Positions 18,130-27,937 of a stretch of 64,000 nt of DNA are shown one piece after another; the first letter of the stretch is position 1; every line of letters starts with the position of its first letter. This stretch comes from Lachnospiraceae bacterium (GTDB lineage Bacteria > Bacillota > Clostridia > Lachnospirales > Lachnospiraceae): the NCBI GenBank assembly GCA_045657665.1, contig JAZOTN010000030.1, forward strand, positions 38,364 through 102,363, written 5' to 3'. A model generated the notes under the pieces. The model was not told the DNA's origin. It did no database searches and was given only the letters and a program-made list of their open reading frames with translations. The translations under genes and the position numbers were made by a program.

Positions 18130-19288
18130 GAAAAGACAGCTGATGTTTACGCTGATCCGCGGCGGGCTTGCGATCCTCATTGCACTTGTTGTAGCGATGA
18201 TCCTGATCTTTATCAGTGCGGATGGTGATACGGTGGCAGAAAAATTCGCCGCCATGGGAGAAGCACTAAAGCAGCTTCTCATAGGACCTCTGTTCCGTGT
18301 CAATGCAAACGGAGTTGCATTCGAAGCGAAACGTCTTGCGGATATTCTGGCAGCCATGATTCCGACAACCTTTACAGGACTTGCGGTCTGCATCATGTTT
18401 GCGGCGAATCAGTTCAATATGGGAGCTGAGGGTGGTATCATGCTCGGAGCCTTTGTGTCGGGTATTGTGGCGATCTACGTTCCGATGCCGGCCGGACTTC
18501 ACGCAGTTGTCAGTGTTCTGATCGGCGGACTCTCCGTCGGCGTGGTTATGCTGATTCCCGCGATCTTAAAAGTGAAGCTAAAGGTCAGTGAGATGGTGTG
18601 CTCGCTGATGCTGAACTATATCATCATGTATATCATCAAGTATCTGATGAACACGGCTTATGCGGACAAGACAAAGGGGCAGATCCAGACCTATCCGTTC
18701 TTAAGTTCCGCGAAGATTGCGCCGCTTGCGGACAATCCCGTGTTTTCTTCCGCGAAGCTGACCTGGGGATTTGTCATCGCGATGGCTGCCGTGGTCGCAT
18801 GCGGACTGTTTATGTATCGATCCAGGTGGGGCTATCAGATCCGTATGATCGGTATCAATCAGGACTTTGCAAAGTATTCCGGAATAAAGGTAGGATTTAT
18901 CATTATCCTGTCACAGGTCATCGGCGGATTTCTCGCCGGCGCGGGCGGCGGGATCGAAGTGCTCGGCAGATATCCGACGTTTTCCTGGAGTGCGCTTCCG
19001 GGGTACGGGTGGACCGGTATTACGATCGCGATCCTGGCCGCGAACAATCCCTGTTTTGTTCCGCTGGCAGCGTTCTTCATGGCTTATCTCCAGAAGGGCT
19101 GTGATATGATGGCAACCTATGCGAATGTGCCGGCACAGCTGATCGATATTGTACAGGGCGTGATCTTCCTGTTCTTTGCGGCGGAACATTTCCTGTCGAA
19201 GTACCGCCAGAAACTGGTGGTCCGGACGGCGCAGGAAGAGATTGCCGCGAAGTCCGCTGTTTTCCAGGGAGGAGGTGAGTCGAAATGA
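18122..19288 (+). CDS. ABC transporter permease (BMP/CUT2 family)
   Basis: Polytopic hydrophobic protein. It overlaps the ATPase stop by 8 nt and sits inside the transporter operon. Confidence 0.85.
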   Translation: MTKKRQLMFTLIRGGLAILIALVVAMILIFISADGDTVAEKFAAMGEALKQLLIGPLFRVNANGVAFEAKRLADILAAMIPTTFTGLAVCIMFAANQFNMGAEGGIMLGAFVSGIVAIYVPMPAGLHAVVSVLIGGLSVGVVMLIPAILKVKLKVSEMVCSLMLNYIIMYIIKYLMNTAYADKTKGQIQTYPFLSSAKIAPLADNPVFSSAKLTWGFVIAMAAVVACGLFMYRSRWGYQIRMIGINQDFAKYSGIKVGFIIILSQVIGGFLAGAGGGIEVLGRYPTFSWSALPGYGWTGITIAILAANNPCFVPLAAFFMAYLQKGCDMMATYANVPAQLIDIVQGVIFLFFAAEHFLSKYRQKLVVRTAQEEIAAKSAVFQGGGESK

Positions 19289-20235
19289 GTAATCTTGTCA
19301 CAAATATGCTTACGCCGGAATTCTTTTACTCCATTTTCCGAATCTCGGCTCCGATCCTGTACGCAACACTTGGTGCGATCGTTGTGGAAAAGGCCGGCTT
19401 TGCCAATATCGGTCTCGAAGGTCTGATGATGTTCTCGGCCCTGTTCGGATCGCTTGCCAGCTACTATTCCGGAAGCTGGGTAGTCGGTTTCTTTGTGGCA
19501 CTTATCGTAGGCGTCGGAATGTCGTTGGTGATGGGGTTCTTTGCTTTTCAGCTGAAGACGGATATCATTCTCGTCGGTATCGCCATCAATATGATGGGAG
19601 CCGGGGGAACGCTGTTCCTTTGCAAGGTGATCACCGGTATCACCGAAGGAAAGGATATGGCGAGCACAACAGGACTGATTACATCCAATCTTTGTATTCC
19701 GAACATCGATATCCCGCTGATCAAGGATATTCCGTTCATCGGAGGCATCCTTTCGGGGCACAGCCTTTTGACTTATCTGGCATTTATCTTTGTGGCACTG
19801 ACTTCGATCATGCTGTATAAAACAAGTCTCGGCCTCAATATACGTGCGGTTGGGGAAAACCCGAACGCGGCAGCGTCCGTCGGCGTTTCCGTGCTGAAGA
19901 TCAAGTACATCGCCATGGCGTTTTCCGGACTGATGAGCGGATTCGGCGGAGCCTTCATGTCGATGAGTTATGCGCAGGGCTGGTCGCAGGATATGGTGGC
20001 AGGACGCGGATTTATCGCTCTTGCAGCACAGGCTATGGGTGGCGGTGAGTGTCTCGGCGGTATGCTGAGCTCTCTCGTGTTCGGTTTCGCACAGGCGCTT
20101 GGCATCAAGTTCTCGTCAGTCGGTCTTGACTCGAATCTGGCATCGCCGATCCCGTATGCGATCACCATTATCGGACTTGCCATCTTCGGTATCGTAAGAC
20201 TCCGGCAGTCAAAGAAACCGCGCTCGGCGGCATAG
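19285..20235 (+). CDS. ABC transporter permease (BMP/CUT2 family), second subunit
   Basis: Polytopic hydrophobic protein with a 4-nt start/stop overlap with the previous permease. Confidence 0.85.
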   Translation: MSNLVTNMLTPEFFYSIFRISAPILYATLGAIVVEKAGFANIGLEGLMMFSALFGSLASYYSGSWVVGFFVALIVGVGMSLVMGFFAFQLKTDIILVGIAINMMGAGGTLFLCKVITGITEGKDMASTTGLITSNLCIPNIDIPLIKDIPFIGGILSGHSLLTYLAFIFVALTSIMLYKTSLGLNIRAVGENPNAAASVGVSVLKIKYIAMAFSGLMSGFGGAFMSMSYAQGWSQDMVAGRGFIALAAQAMGGGECLGGMLSSLVFGFAQALGIKFSSVGLDSNLASPIPYAITIIGLAIFGIVRLRQSKKPRSAA

Positions 20236-20243
20236 GAGGGTAC

Positions 20244-21200
20244 ATGTCATATACGGTTAAAACCATTCCGGTGATCCTGGACGGAGATCCGGGACATGAC
20301 GATGCCATGGCGTGGCTTCTGGCGGGTGCGTCCATGCGGACGGACCGGAAACTGAGGATCGCAGGTGTAACCACAGTCGGCGGAAATGTCACGCTGGATA
20401 AAACGACCTATAATGCGCAGCGTGTGCTGACACTCCTTGGGCTTACGGATGTGCGCCTTGCAAAAGGCGCGGAGCATCCGCTCACGGCGGAGCTTATGAA
20501 CGCGCCGTCCGTGCACGGGGAGTCGGGGCTTGACGGTCCAGCGCTTCCGGAACCTAAGATCGAGCCGCTTTCGATCTCTGCCGTGGAGCTGATGGCAAAG
20601 ATCCTTCGGGAAGAGGAGGGAAAGGTGACTGTCGTGTCGACGGGTCCTCTTACCAACACGGCATCGCTCCTTCTGGCGCACCCGGAGCTTAAGGAAAAAA
20701 TAGAACGGATCAGCCTGATGGGAGGCGGGATCGGATTCGGCAACTGGACGCCGGCGGCGGAGTTTAATATTCTCGTGGATCCGGAAGCGGCGGATATCGT
20801 ATTTCGTTCCGGGATCCCGATTCTGATGGCACCGCTTAACGTGACGGAACGGGCGCTCATGGAGCCGGAGGATTTTGACCGAATTGAGGAGATCCATAAT
20901 CCGGTCAGTGACATCGTGGCGGAGTGGCTCCGGTTCTTCTATGAATTTCACCGGAAGCTCGGCTATGCAGGTGCTCCGATGCACGATCCCTGCGCGGTGA
21001 TGGGACTTTTGCACCCGGAGATCTTTACGCTGAAGGATTATTACGTCGAGATCGAAACGAAAGGCGATTACTGCCGCGGAACCACCGTCGGCGATGTTCG
21101 CGGGAAATCCGGAAAAGCTCAGAACGCGACTGTCATGATGAATCTCGACCGCGACCGCTTCGCAGATTATCTGATCGACGCCGTGGCAACTTACGGTTGA
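20244..21200 (+). CDS. Nucleoside hydrolase (IUNH family)
   Basis: N-terminal Ca-binding fingerprint DGDPGHDDAMA (DxDxxxDD), plus TGPLTN and HDP motifs. Confidence 0.88.
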   Translation: MSYTVKTIPVILDGDPGHDDAMAWLLAGASMRTDRKLRIAGVTTVGGNVTLDKTTYNAQRVLTLLGLTDVRLAKGAEHPLTAELMNAPSVHGESGLDGPALPEPKIEPLSISAVELMAKILREEEGKVTVVSTGPLTNTASLLLAHPELKEKIERISLMGGGIGFGNWTPAAEFNILVDPEAADIVFRSGIPILMAPLNVTERALMEPEDFDRIEEIHNPVSDIVAEWLRFFYEFHRKLGYAGAPMHDPCAVMGLLHPEIFTLKDYYVEIETKGDYCRGTTVGDVRGKSGKAQNATVMMNLDRDRFADYLIDAVATYG

Positions 21201-21209
21201 TCAAAGGAA

Positions 21210-21294
21210 GCATGGGGTGCTATACAAAAATAAGTGAACATTTGCAGCCGCGAAGCGGCGAAACGTGAACGTTTTTTCGTATAGCACACCATGC
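21210..21294. repeat. Conserved imperfect-palindrome intergenic element, short copy
   Basis: Outer stem GGTGCTATACAAAAA (21216-21230) pairs with TTTTTCGTATAGCACACC (21273-21290). Cores TAAGTGAACATTTGCAG and GCGGCGAAACGTGAACGTTTT surround an apical CCGC-GAA-GCGG hairpin. The cores match the copy at 16413-16550 but the outer stem sequence differs. Confidence 0.7.
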
Positions 21295-21316
21295 GTATGT
21301 ATTCAAGGAGAAAACC

Positions 21317-22258
21317 ATGAGCAGCAAAACAATTCCGGTCTGGATGGACGTTGATACAGGTACCGACGATGCAGTGGCACTGATGCTTTTGCATGCGCTT
21401 CCGGAAACAACCATCGTCGGTCTTTCGGCAGTGAGCGGCAATTCCCCGGTCGAGAATACCTGGCGCAACACGCGTTGTATCAACACCATATTGAAGACAT
21501 CCTACCCGGTCTACCGCGGCGCGGAAAAACCGATCCTCCGTGAAACGTTCCACGCACTCGGCGTGCACGGTGATAACGGTCTCGGGAATGTTGATGTGCC
21601 GCTTCCTGCGGATGAAAAGATCTATGAAGAAGCTGCATGGGATGCACTCCGGCGCGCGGCAGAAGAACATGAAGGATCCCTTCGTCTGGTTGCGACCGGC
21701 CCGCTTACCAATCTGGCGATTGCATTTTCCAAGTATCCGGAACTTCCATCCATGCTGCATTCAATTCTGATCATGGGAGGTGCAACGAGAGAGGGAAATG
21801 TGACAAGCGCCGCGGAGTTCAATATTTATGCGGATCCGGATGCGGCGGAGATCGTTTTAAAATGCGGTGCGCCGATCGTGCTGTTTCCTCTTGATGTGAC
21901 CGAAACCGTCTGTATGACACCGGAGGATATGGAAGAGCTCTTATCGGCAGGAAATGAGGCCGGGAAATTTGTATATGATGTTGTCCAGTATCCCTGGATC
22001 AATTTTCACAAAAAATGGGGAAATCCGGGAGTGCAGATGCATGACAGCTGTCCGGTGATGTACCTTGCCCATCCGGAACTTTTTGACGGGGAAGAGGCGG
22101 GGGTTGTTGTGGAAACAAAGGGAACGGTAACTCTCGGGAAGACCGTTACGGATCTCTACAGCGACAAACAGTTTGAATTTAAGAATGCCCTCGTAATCCT
22201 TGAGGCGGATACGAAGGCATTCATGGAAAAACTGAAGGATATGATAAAATCGATATAA
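21317..22258 (+). CDS. Nucleoside hydrolase (IUNH family), second paralogue
   Basis: DVDTGTDDAVAL fingerprint, plus TGPLTN and HDS motifs. Confidence 0.88.
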   Translation: MSSKTIPVWMDVDTGTDDAVALMLLHALPETTIVGLSAVSGNSPVENTWRNTRCINTILKTSYPVYRGAEKPILRETFHALGVHGDNGLGNVDVPLPADEKIYEEAAWDALRRAAEEHEGSLRLVATGPLTNLAIAFSKYPELPSMLHSILIMGGATREGNVTSAAEFNIYADPDAAEIVLKCGAPIVLFPLDVTETVCMTPEDMEELLSAGNEAGKFVYDVVQYPWINFHKKWGNPGVQMHDSCPVMYLAHPELFDGEEAGVVVETKGTVTLGKTVTDLYSDKQFEFKNALVILEADTKAFMEKLKDMIKSI

Positions 22259-22282
22259 AGACCTGCTTGTCTCAGCGCTTTT

Positions 22283-22990
22283 CTAAACCTCTGTTGCGAC
22301 CTTCAGCGCGATTTCCATCATTTCGCGGAAGCTGGTCTGGCGTTCCTCCGGAGACATTGCTTCGCTCTTGAACAGGTGATCCGAGATCGTCAGGATCGCA
22401 AGTGCGTGTTTGCCGGCTCTTGCAGCGTTGCAGTAGAGTGCGGTGGATTCCATCTCAACGCACAGGATTCCCATTTTTTTCATATTGTCATTGACATTAT
22501 CGTCATGATAGAAGGTGTCACTGGAACTGATATTTCCCACGTGGAAGGTGGCTCCGATCTCGCGTGCTGCGGCAACGGCTTTCTCGAGAAGCCCGAAGTC
22601 CGCTGTGGGAGCGAAGTGCCCAGGGAGACCGAACTGCTCTGCATAGTTGGAATCCGTGCTTGCTGCCATGGCAATGACGATATCCTTCATGTTGACGTTG
22701 TCCTGAATACCGCCGGCACTTCCGATACGGATGATATTGTCCACATCATAGAAATTGAAGAGTTCATAAGTGTAGATCGCAATGGACGGAATGCCCATGC
22801 CGTGGCCCATAACGGAAACTTCTTTTCCCTTGTAGGTACCGGTAAAACCGAGCATGCCGCGCACTTCGTTAAAGCACTTCACATTCTCGAGATAGTTTTC
22901 CGCGATGAATTTTGCACGGAGCGGATCTCCCGGCATCAATACGGTTTTTGCAATGTCGCCTTTTTCGGCACTGTTATGCGGTGTAGCCAT
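22283..22990 (-). CDS. deoD: Purine nucleoside phosphorylase
   Basis: MATPHNSAEKGDIAKTVLMPGDPLRAKFIAENYLE...GMLGFTGTYKGKEVSVMGHGMGIPS is nearly colinear with the enterobacterial DeoD N-terminus. Confidence 0.93.
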   Translation of the reverse strand: MATPHNSAEKGDIAKTVLMPGDPLRAKFIAENYLENVKCFNEVRGMLGFTGTYKGKEVSVMGHGMGIPSIAIYTYELFNFYDVDNIIRIGSAGGIQDNVNMKDIVIAMAASTDSNYAEQFGLPGHFAPTADFGLLEKAVAAAREIGATFHVGNISSSDTFYHDDNVNDNMKKMGILCVEMESTALYCNAARAGKHALAILTISDHLFKSEAMSPEERQTSFREMMEIALKVATEV

Positions 22991-23072
22991 AGCTCAAATC
23001 CCCCTTTGTTTGTTTTGTACAGTTGCTTCTTTCAGAATACTCTCACGCGACGTCGATGTCAATTTCACTATT

Positions 23073-23101
23073 TTTGACGGCCGGAAGTAAGTATGGTAAA
23101 G
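23073..23101 (+). promoter_or_regulatory. Putative sigma-A promoter for the 23.1-30.2 kb operon
   Basis: TTGACG (23073-23078), a 17-nt spacer, then TAAAGT (23096-23101), just upstream of the 23109 start. Confidence 0.4.
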
Positions 23102-23108
23102 TGATTAC

Positions 23109-23729
23109 ATGGATAAGCGGGCAAAAAACACGGTAGAGATCGACGGGTTCCTGTTCTCGGATCCGGCAGAGATCACGCAGGCACAAAAAGAAATCGAAGG
23201 CATCCGGTATCTCCGGTCAAAACTCGACCGTGACAATCCGGATCAGGTTTTGCTTGTTTACAACCAGGCAGTGGATCAGCAGCTTTTCACGACGCCGGTC
23301 GGCTATTACTTTCTGAAAGAGCTCCAGGATTATCTCATCACTATGCCGTTCATCAAAGACGAGGACATCCATCGCATCGTGATCAGTGAGCGGATGACCG
23401 AGGAGTTTGAAAAGTCCCGGAAACGGACGGAGAAAGAAGAAAAAAAGCAGGCCGTCCGCCGTTATGAAGATGAAAAAAAGCTGCGTGAAAAAAAGGTGCA
23501 GGCAAGAAATACGGACTATAAAAAGAAGTTCGGAACGGCGCTGTTTTTCTGTATCGTTCTTCTGGCACTCGTCATCGGCATGTTCGTGGTCAGCTTTCTC
23601 AGCAAGGACAATGTGACGATCCTCAACTATGAAAATGCGCTGATCAACCGCTACGAGGACTGGGAGGAAGAACTGACTGCCCGTGAAAAAGCTGTGGAAG
23701 AAAAGGAGAGGGAACTGAGTGGCTACTAA
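23109..23729 (+). CDS. Hypothetical membrane-anchored protein (K/E-rich coiled segment, one TM)
   Basis: ORF with a charged helix (EKSRKRTEKEEKKQAVRRYEDEKKLREKK) followed by TM FFCIVLLALVIGMFVVSFL. It overlaps the next gene by 11 nt. Confidence 0.6.
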   Translation: MDKRAKNTVEIDGFLFSDPAEITQAQKEIEGIRYLRSKLDRDNPDQVLLVYNQAVDQQLFTTPVGYYFLKELQDYLITMPFIKDEDIHRIVISERMTEEFEKSRKRTEKEEKKQAVRRYEDEKKLREKKVQARNTDYKKKFGTALFFCIVLLALVIGMFVVSFLSKDNVTILNYENALINRYEDWEEELTAREKAVEEKERELSGY

Positions 23730-24393
23730 GATTCTGGTGGTGGATGATGAAGAACGGATGCGTAAGCTCGTCCGGGATTTTCTGACGCGGAAAAACTATG
23801 TGGTTCTGGAGGCCGGGAACGGAGAGGATGCACTGGATCTCTTCTACAGTGAGAAGGATCTGTCCCTCATCATTCTGGATGTCATGATGCCGAAGCTGAA
23901 TGGTTATGAAGTGTTGAAGGAGATCCGCGAGACCTCCAAAATTCCCGTGATCATGCTGACCGCAAAAACAGATGAATCGGATGAATTGCAGGGGTTTCAG
24001 CTGGGTGTGGATGAATACATCGCAAAGCCTTTCAGTCCGAAGATCCTTGTCGCGAGGGTAGAAGCAATCCTCCGTCGGGCTCTTCCGGAGGAAGAGGAAG
24101 AAAAGGTGCTGACCGCCGGCGCGATCACAATGGACAAGGCTGCGCATATCGTTTCTATTGATGGCAAGTCTGTGGAGCTTTCCTTTAAGGAATTTGAACT
24201 CCTTTCGTTTTTTATGGAACATCAGGGTATGGCGCTTTCACGTGAAAAGATCCTGAGTTCCGTCTGGGAATACGATTATTTCGGCGATGCGAGGACCATT
24301 GATACCCATGTCAAAAAACTCCGTAGCAAAATGGGTGCATACGGAGAATACATCAAGACGATCTGGGGCATGGGATACAAGTTCGAGGTATGA
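23719..24393 (+). CDS. OmpR-family response regulator
   Basis: Receiver domain (ILVVDDEE...ILDVMMPKLNG...MLTAK) plus a winged-helix output domain ending GMGYKFEV. Confidence 0.92.
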   Translation: MATKILVVDDEERMRKLVRDFLTRKNYVVLEAGNGEDALDLFYSEKDLSLIILDVMMPKLNGYEVLKEIRETSKIPVIMLTAKTDESDELQGFQLGVDEYIAKPFSPKILVARVEAILRRALPEEEEEKVLTAGAITMDKAAHIVSIDGKSVELSFKEFELLSFFMEHQGMALSREKILSSVWEYDYFGDARTIDTHVKKLRSKMGAYGEYIKTIWGMGYKFEV

Positions 24394-24408
24394 CTTGGAG
24401 GAAATAAC

Positions 24409-25881
24409 ATGAAACATTCGATCAGAACAAAGTTTGGTCTGCTGCTTTTGTTTACGACCCTGATCCTTGGGTTTGCGCTGACATTGATCAGCAGTCTGAT
24501 CTTAAGAAGGGCGATCGATGATCTTTATAAGTCCAGAGCCGAAGAAACCGCAAGTGTTCTTGCGGCTGTTCTGGATCCAGGAGAGGTAGAGACCCTGACG
24601 GCGGACGTGATGGATATTTATTACGACAGTGATAAAAAGGTCACCAGTTCGGAATGGGGCTCCGATGATTTTAATGCATACGTGGAGCAGTTTTCTCCGG
24701 TTTACGATACGCCGGAATACGCCGCGGTTCTGGAGGATATGAAGAAGGTTCAGGACAACAGTGATGTGGACTGCGTGTATCTTTTTGAAACGGATTTCAC
24801 CGAGAGCCGTTCCAATTATATTTATGTGATAGATGCTGCAGAGGAGGATGCCTGTCCCGTCGGGTGCATTGACAGTTATGAGTGGGGAGTGGAGCAGGCG
24901 CAGGTCATGTCAGAACATCCGGAGCAGGGATACGGCCCTTACATCACGCGTACCGATGAGTACGGGTGGCTGGTTTCCACGATGGTGCCGGTTTTCGGAG
25001 AGGATGGAGGGGTGCTTCTTTATTCCTGCGTGGATATTTCCATGAATACGGTAAGGGATTCCCAGAATTCCTTTACCATGCTGCTGATCGGGGTCTCCGC
25101 GGCCATCCTTGTTGTGATCATTTTAATCGGTGTCAGGATTGTCAACAGCAACATTGTCATTCCGGTGAAGACGCTTTCCAGTACTGCGGAGAACTATTGG
25201 GCATCAGGAGAATCGGGTGTACGGAACGACTTTAAGAATCTTGATATCGCTACGAATGATGAGATTGAGATCCTGTCGGAATCAATGAAAAAGATGGAGT
25301 CCGATATCAATGAATACTTCCTGAAGCTGGATGCGGCAAAGCAGGAGCTCACCACTGCAAAAGAGGAATCCGAGGCGATGAAGGAGCTTGCCCAGAGAGA
25401 TGCTCTTACGGGGATCCGGAATAAAACCGCTTATGACAAGGAGATCGAGGAAGTGGACCTTGCTTTTCAAAGCGGGGATCTGGACAGCTACGGGATTGCC
25501 ATGGTCGATCTTAACTATCTGAAGAGGATCAACGATACCTACGGGCATGACAAGGGCAATATTGCGATCAAAAAGGTTTGCAGTCTGGTTTGCGAGGTGT
25601 TTGCACATTCTCCGGTATTCCGTATCGGCGGAGACGAGTTTGTGGTCGTTCTGAAGAATAAAGATCTTGAAAATATCGAGGCGCTTCTCGCGGAGTTCAG
25701 AAAGCGGATCAATAGAGAGAAGAATAATGAGAATCTGGATGCGTGGGAGAGGATATCAGCCGCGATCGGATATGCCATATATGACCCGGCTTCGGATCAG
25801 GCGCCGGTAGATGTCTTTAAGCGGGCAGATGAAAATATGTATAAGGATAAACAGCGGCAGAAAGCCGAGAGAAAGGATTGA
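24409..25881 (+). CDS. Membrane sensor diguanylate cyclase (GGDEF)
   Basis: Two TM segments flank a ~200-aa extracytoplasmic domain. The C-terminal GGDEF domain has an intact active site (RIGGDEFVV) and RNKTAYD/LNYLKRINDTYGH. Confidence 0.88.
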   Translation: MKHSIRTKFGLLLLFTTLILGFALTLISSLILRRAIDDLYKSRAEETASVLAAVLDPGEVETLTADVMDIYYDSDKKVTSSEWGSDDFNAYVEQFSPVYDTPEYAAVLEDMKKVQDNSDVDCVYLFETDFTESRSNYIYVIDAAEEDACPVGCIDSYEWGVEQAQVMSEHPEQGYGPYITRTDEYGWLVSTMVPVFGEDGGVLLYSCVDISMNTVRDSQNSFTMLLIGVSAAILVVIILIGVRIVNSNIVIPVKTLSSTAENYWASGESGVRNDFKNLDIATNDEIEILSESMKKMESDINEYFLKLDAAKQELTTAKEESEAMKELAQRDALTGIRNKTAYDKEIEEVDLAFQSGDLDSYGIAMVDLNYLKRINDTYGHDKGNIAIKKVCSLVCEVFAHSPVFRIGGDEFVVVLKNKDLENIEALLAEFRKRINREKNNENLDAWERISAAIGYAIYDPASDQAPVDVFKRADENMYKDKQRQKAERKD

Positions 25882-25884
25882 CGC

Positions 25885-26721
25885 ATGGAGGGCATGGGGG
25901 AGAATCTGTCAGAGGATCTTAATGAAAAGCTGGAAAGACTGAAAGGTCTGATCCGGGAAGCAGGAAGCCTTGCGGTCGGTTTTTCCGGCGGTGTCGATTC
26001 TTCCTTTTTGCTGGCCACAGCGCATGAGGTTTTGGGAGAAAAGGCGATCGCCGTGACAGCGATGGATCATTCCGTTCCGGAAAGAGAGCTGAAAGAGGCG
26101 GAAGCATTCTGCAAAGAGCGCGGTATCCGTCAGATCGTCACCCGTTTCGATCCTTTGAAGATCGATGGATACCGGAATAACACTCCGGACCGCTGCTATT
26201 TCTGTAAGAAAGAGATCTTTTCCGAAATTCAGAAGATTGCTGCGGAAAACGGGATTGCTTATGCGGCGGAGGGCTCCAACACGGATGACCTCGGGGATTA
26301 CCGGCCCGGGCTTAAGGCGATCGAAGAGCTGGGTGTCAAAAGTCCCCTCAGGGAAGCGGGACTTTCAAAATCAGATATCCGTATGCTCTCGAAAGCGATG
26401 GGACTTCCCACATGGAGCAAGCCGGCGTATGCCTGCCTTGCGTCACGTTTTGTATACGGCGAGGAGATCACGGAGGAAAAACTTCGTATGATTGACCGTG
26501 CAGAGCAATTTCTGATCGAACAGGGATTTCTTTCGGAACGGGTAAGGTTGCATGGGAAAATGGCAAGGATCGAAGTCCCTGCTGACGACATTCCCCGCCT
26601 TGCTTCGGAGGAAATGCGGGAGGCAGTATGCACAAAGTTCCGGGAAATCGGGTTTCTCTTTGTGACGCTTGATCTGCAGGGATACCGAACCGGAAGCATG
26701 AATGCTCTGATAGGGAAATAG
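25885..26721 (+). CDS. LarE-like PP-loop ATP pyrophosphatase (ATP-dependent sulfur transferase family)
   Basis: PP-loop VGFSGGVDSS and the conserved Cys region ACLASRF. The size (~278 aa) fits. Confidence 0.7.
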   Translation: MEGMGENLSEDLNEKLERLKGLIREAGSLAVGFSGGVDSSFLLATAHEVLGEKAIAVTAMDHSVPERELKEAEAFCKERGIRQIVTRFDPLKIDGYRNNTPDRCYFCKKEIFSEIQKIAAENGIAYAAEGSNTDDLGDYRPGLKAIEELGVKSPLREAGLSKSDIRMLSKAMGLPTWSKPAYACLASRFVYGEEITEEKLRMIDRAEQFLIEQGFLSERVRLHGKMARIEVPADDIPRLASEEMREAVCTKFREIGFLFVTLDLQGYRTGSMNALIGK

Positions 26722-26749
26722 AAATTATATCCGCTTGAAGGTGAAGATA

Positions 26750-27937
26750 ATGGCTACAAGAAAGCTCTATGATGAGAAGCCTTATGAAACAGAATTCGAA
26801 GGGCGTATCGAGGAGATCAGAAGATCGGAAAAAGGAACACTTCTGGTCGCACTCGATGCGACTCTTTTTTTTCCGGAAGAGGGCGGCCAGTCCTCAGACA
26901 TCGGGATCCTTGGAGGATATCCTGTTCTGCACGTCTCCATTGAGGGGGGCATCGTGACCCATGAAGTGTCCTGTGAAGACAGTGCCCTTGCAGCCGGCAG
27001 CATGGTGAAAGGGAAGATCGACTGGGATCACCGTTTTTCGAATATGCAGAACCATACTGCCGAGCATATTCTTTCTGGACTTCTTCATCAAAAACATCAA
27101 TCCGAAAATAAGGGGTTTCATCTTTCGGATCATATCGTGACACTGGATACTTCAAAGGAACTGTCAGACAGGGAACTGAGGGCCCTGGAAGAGGAAGCGA
27201 ACGAGGTGATCTACCGAAACCTTCCGGTGACGTGCCGTTACTATACGCCTTCAGAGATTGAGGGTACAGAATACCGCAGCAAGAAGGAGATCGAAGGGGA
27301 GATCCGCCTCGTTACCATTCCGGGCATTGATGTCTGTGCCTGTTGTGCTCCTCATGTGGCTTTTACCGGAGAGATCGGAGTGATACGGATCGTGAAGGCA
27401 CAGCGCCATCGTGGCGGCATGCGGCTTGAGATCCTGGCAGGAAGACGGGCACATCGGTATCTTGCGCATGTGGCAGATCTGGCGGAGGGACTGGCGGAGA
27501 ACCTCTCTGTCGGCACGGACAGGCTGAAGGAAGCGGTTACAAAGCTTATGGCGGATCATGAAGCGCTCGGCATCCGAATCAAAAACGAAGCGGCGACGCG
27601 GCTTACGCAGCAGATGGAAAAGCTCTCACCGGAGGATAGAGACGCGGTTCTTTTTACGGGTGCGGTAGATACGATCGTGCAGAGAAATGCGGTGAATACC
27701 CTCTCGGAGCGCGGGAGCGGTATCTGCGCGGTTTTTGCTTCAGACGGCAATGAGGGATATAACTATATCCTTTCTTTTCCGGGAGACGATGCAAGAAAGA
27801 TCGCACGCCTCCTTAAAGAGAAGCTTGGTGCCAGAGGGGGCGGCTCGGATATGATGGTGCAGGGGAATGTAAAGGCGTCAGAGGATATGATCAGGAAATG
27901 CATCTCGGAGAGAACGCCGGAAAGTGAAACAGTATGA
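26750..27937 (+). CDS. AlaX-L-type alanyl-tRNA editing protein (tRNA_SAD + DHHA1-like C-terminus)
   Basis: Zn-binding editing motifs HTAEHIL and CCAPHV. I prefer the ATG at 26750 (MATRKLYD) over the TTG at 26735. Confidence 0.75.
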   Translation: MATRKLYDEKPYETEFEGRIEEIRRSEKGTLLVALDATLFFPEEGGQSSDIGILGGYPVLHVSIEGGIVTHEVSCEDSALAAGSMVKGKIDWDHRFSNMQNHTAEHILSGLLHQKHQSENKGFHLSDHIVTLDTSKELSDRELRALEEEANEVIYRNLPVTCRYYTPSEIEGTEYRSKKEIEGEIRLVTIPGIDVCACCAPHVAFTGEIGVIRIVKAQRHRGGMRLEILAGRRAHRYLAHVADLAEGLAENLSVGTDRLKEAVTKLMADHEALGIRIKNEAATRLTQQMEKLSPEDRDAVLFTGAVDTIVQRNAVNTLSERGSGICAVFASDGNEGYNYILSFPGDDARKIARLLKEKLGARGGGSDMMVQGNVKASEDMIRKCISERTPESETV

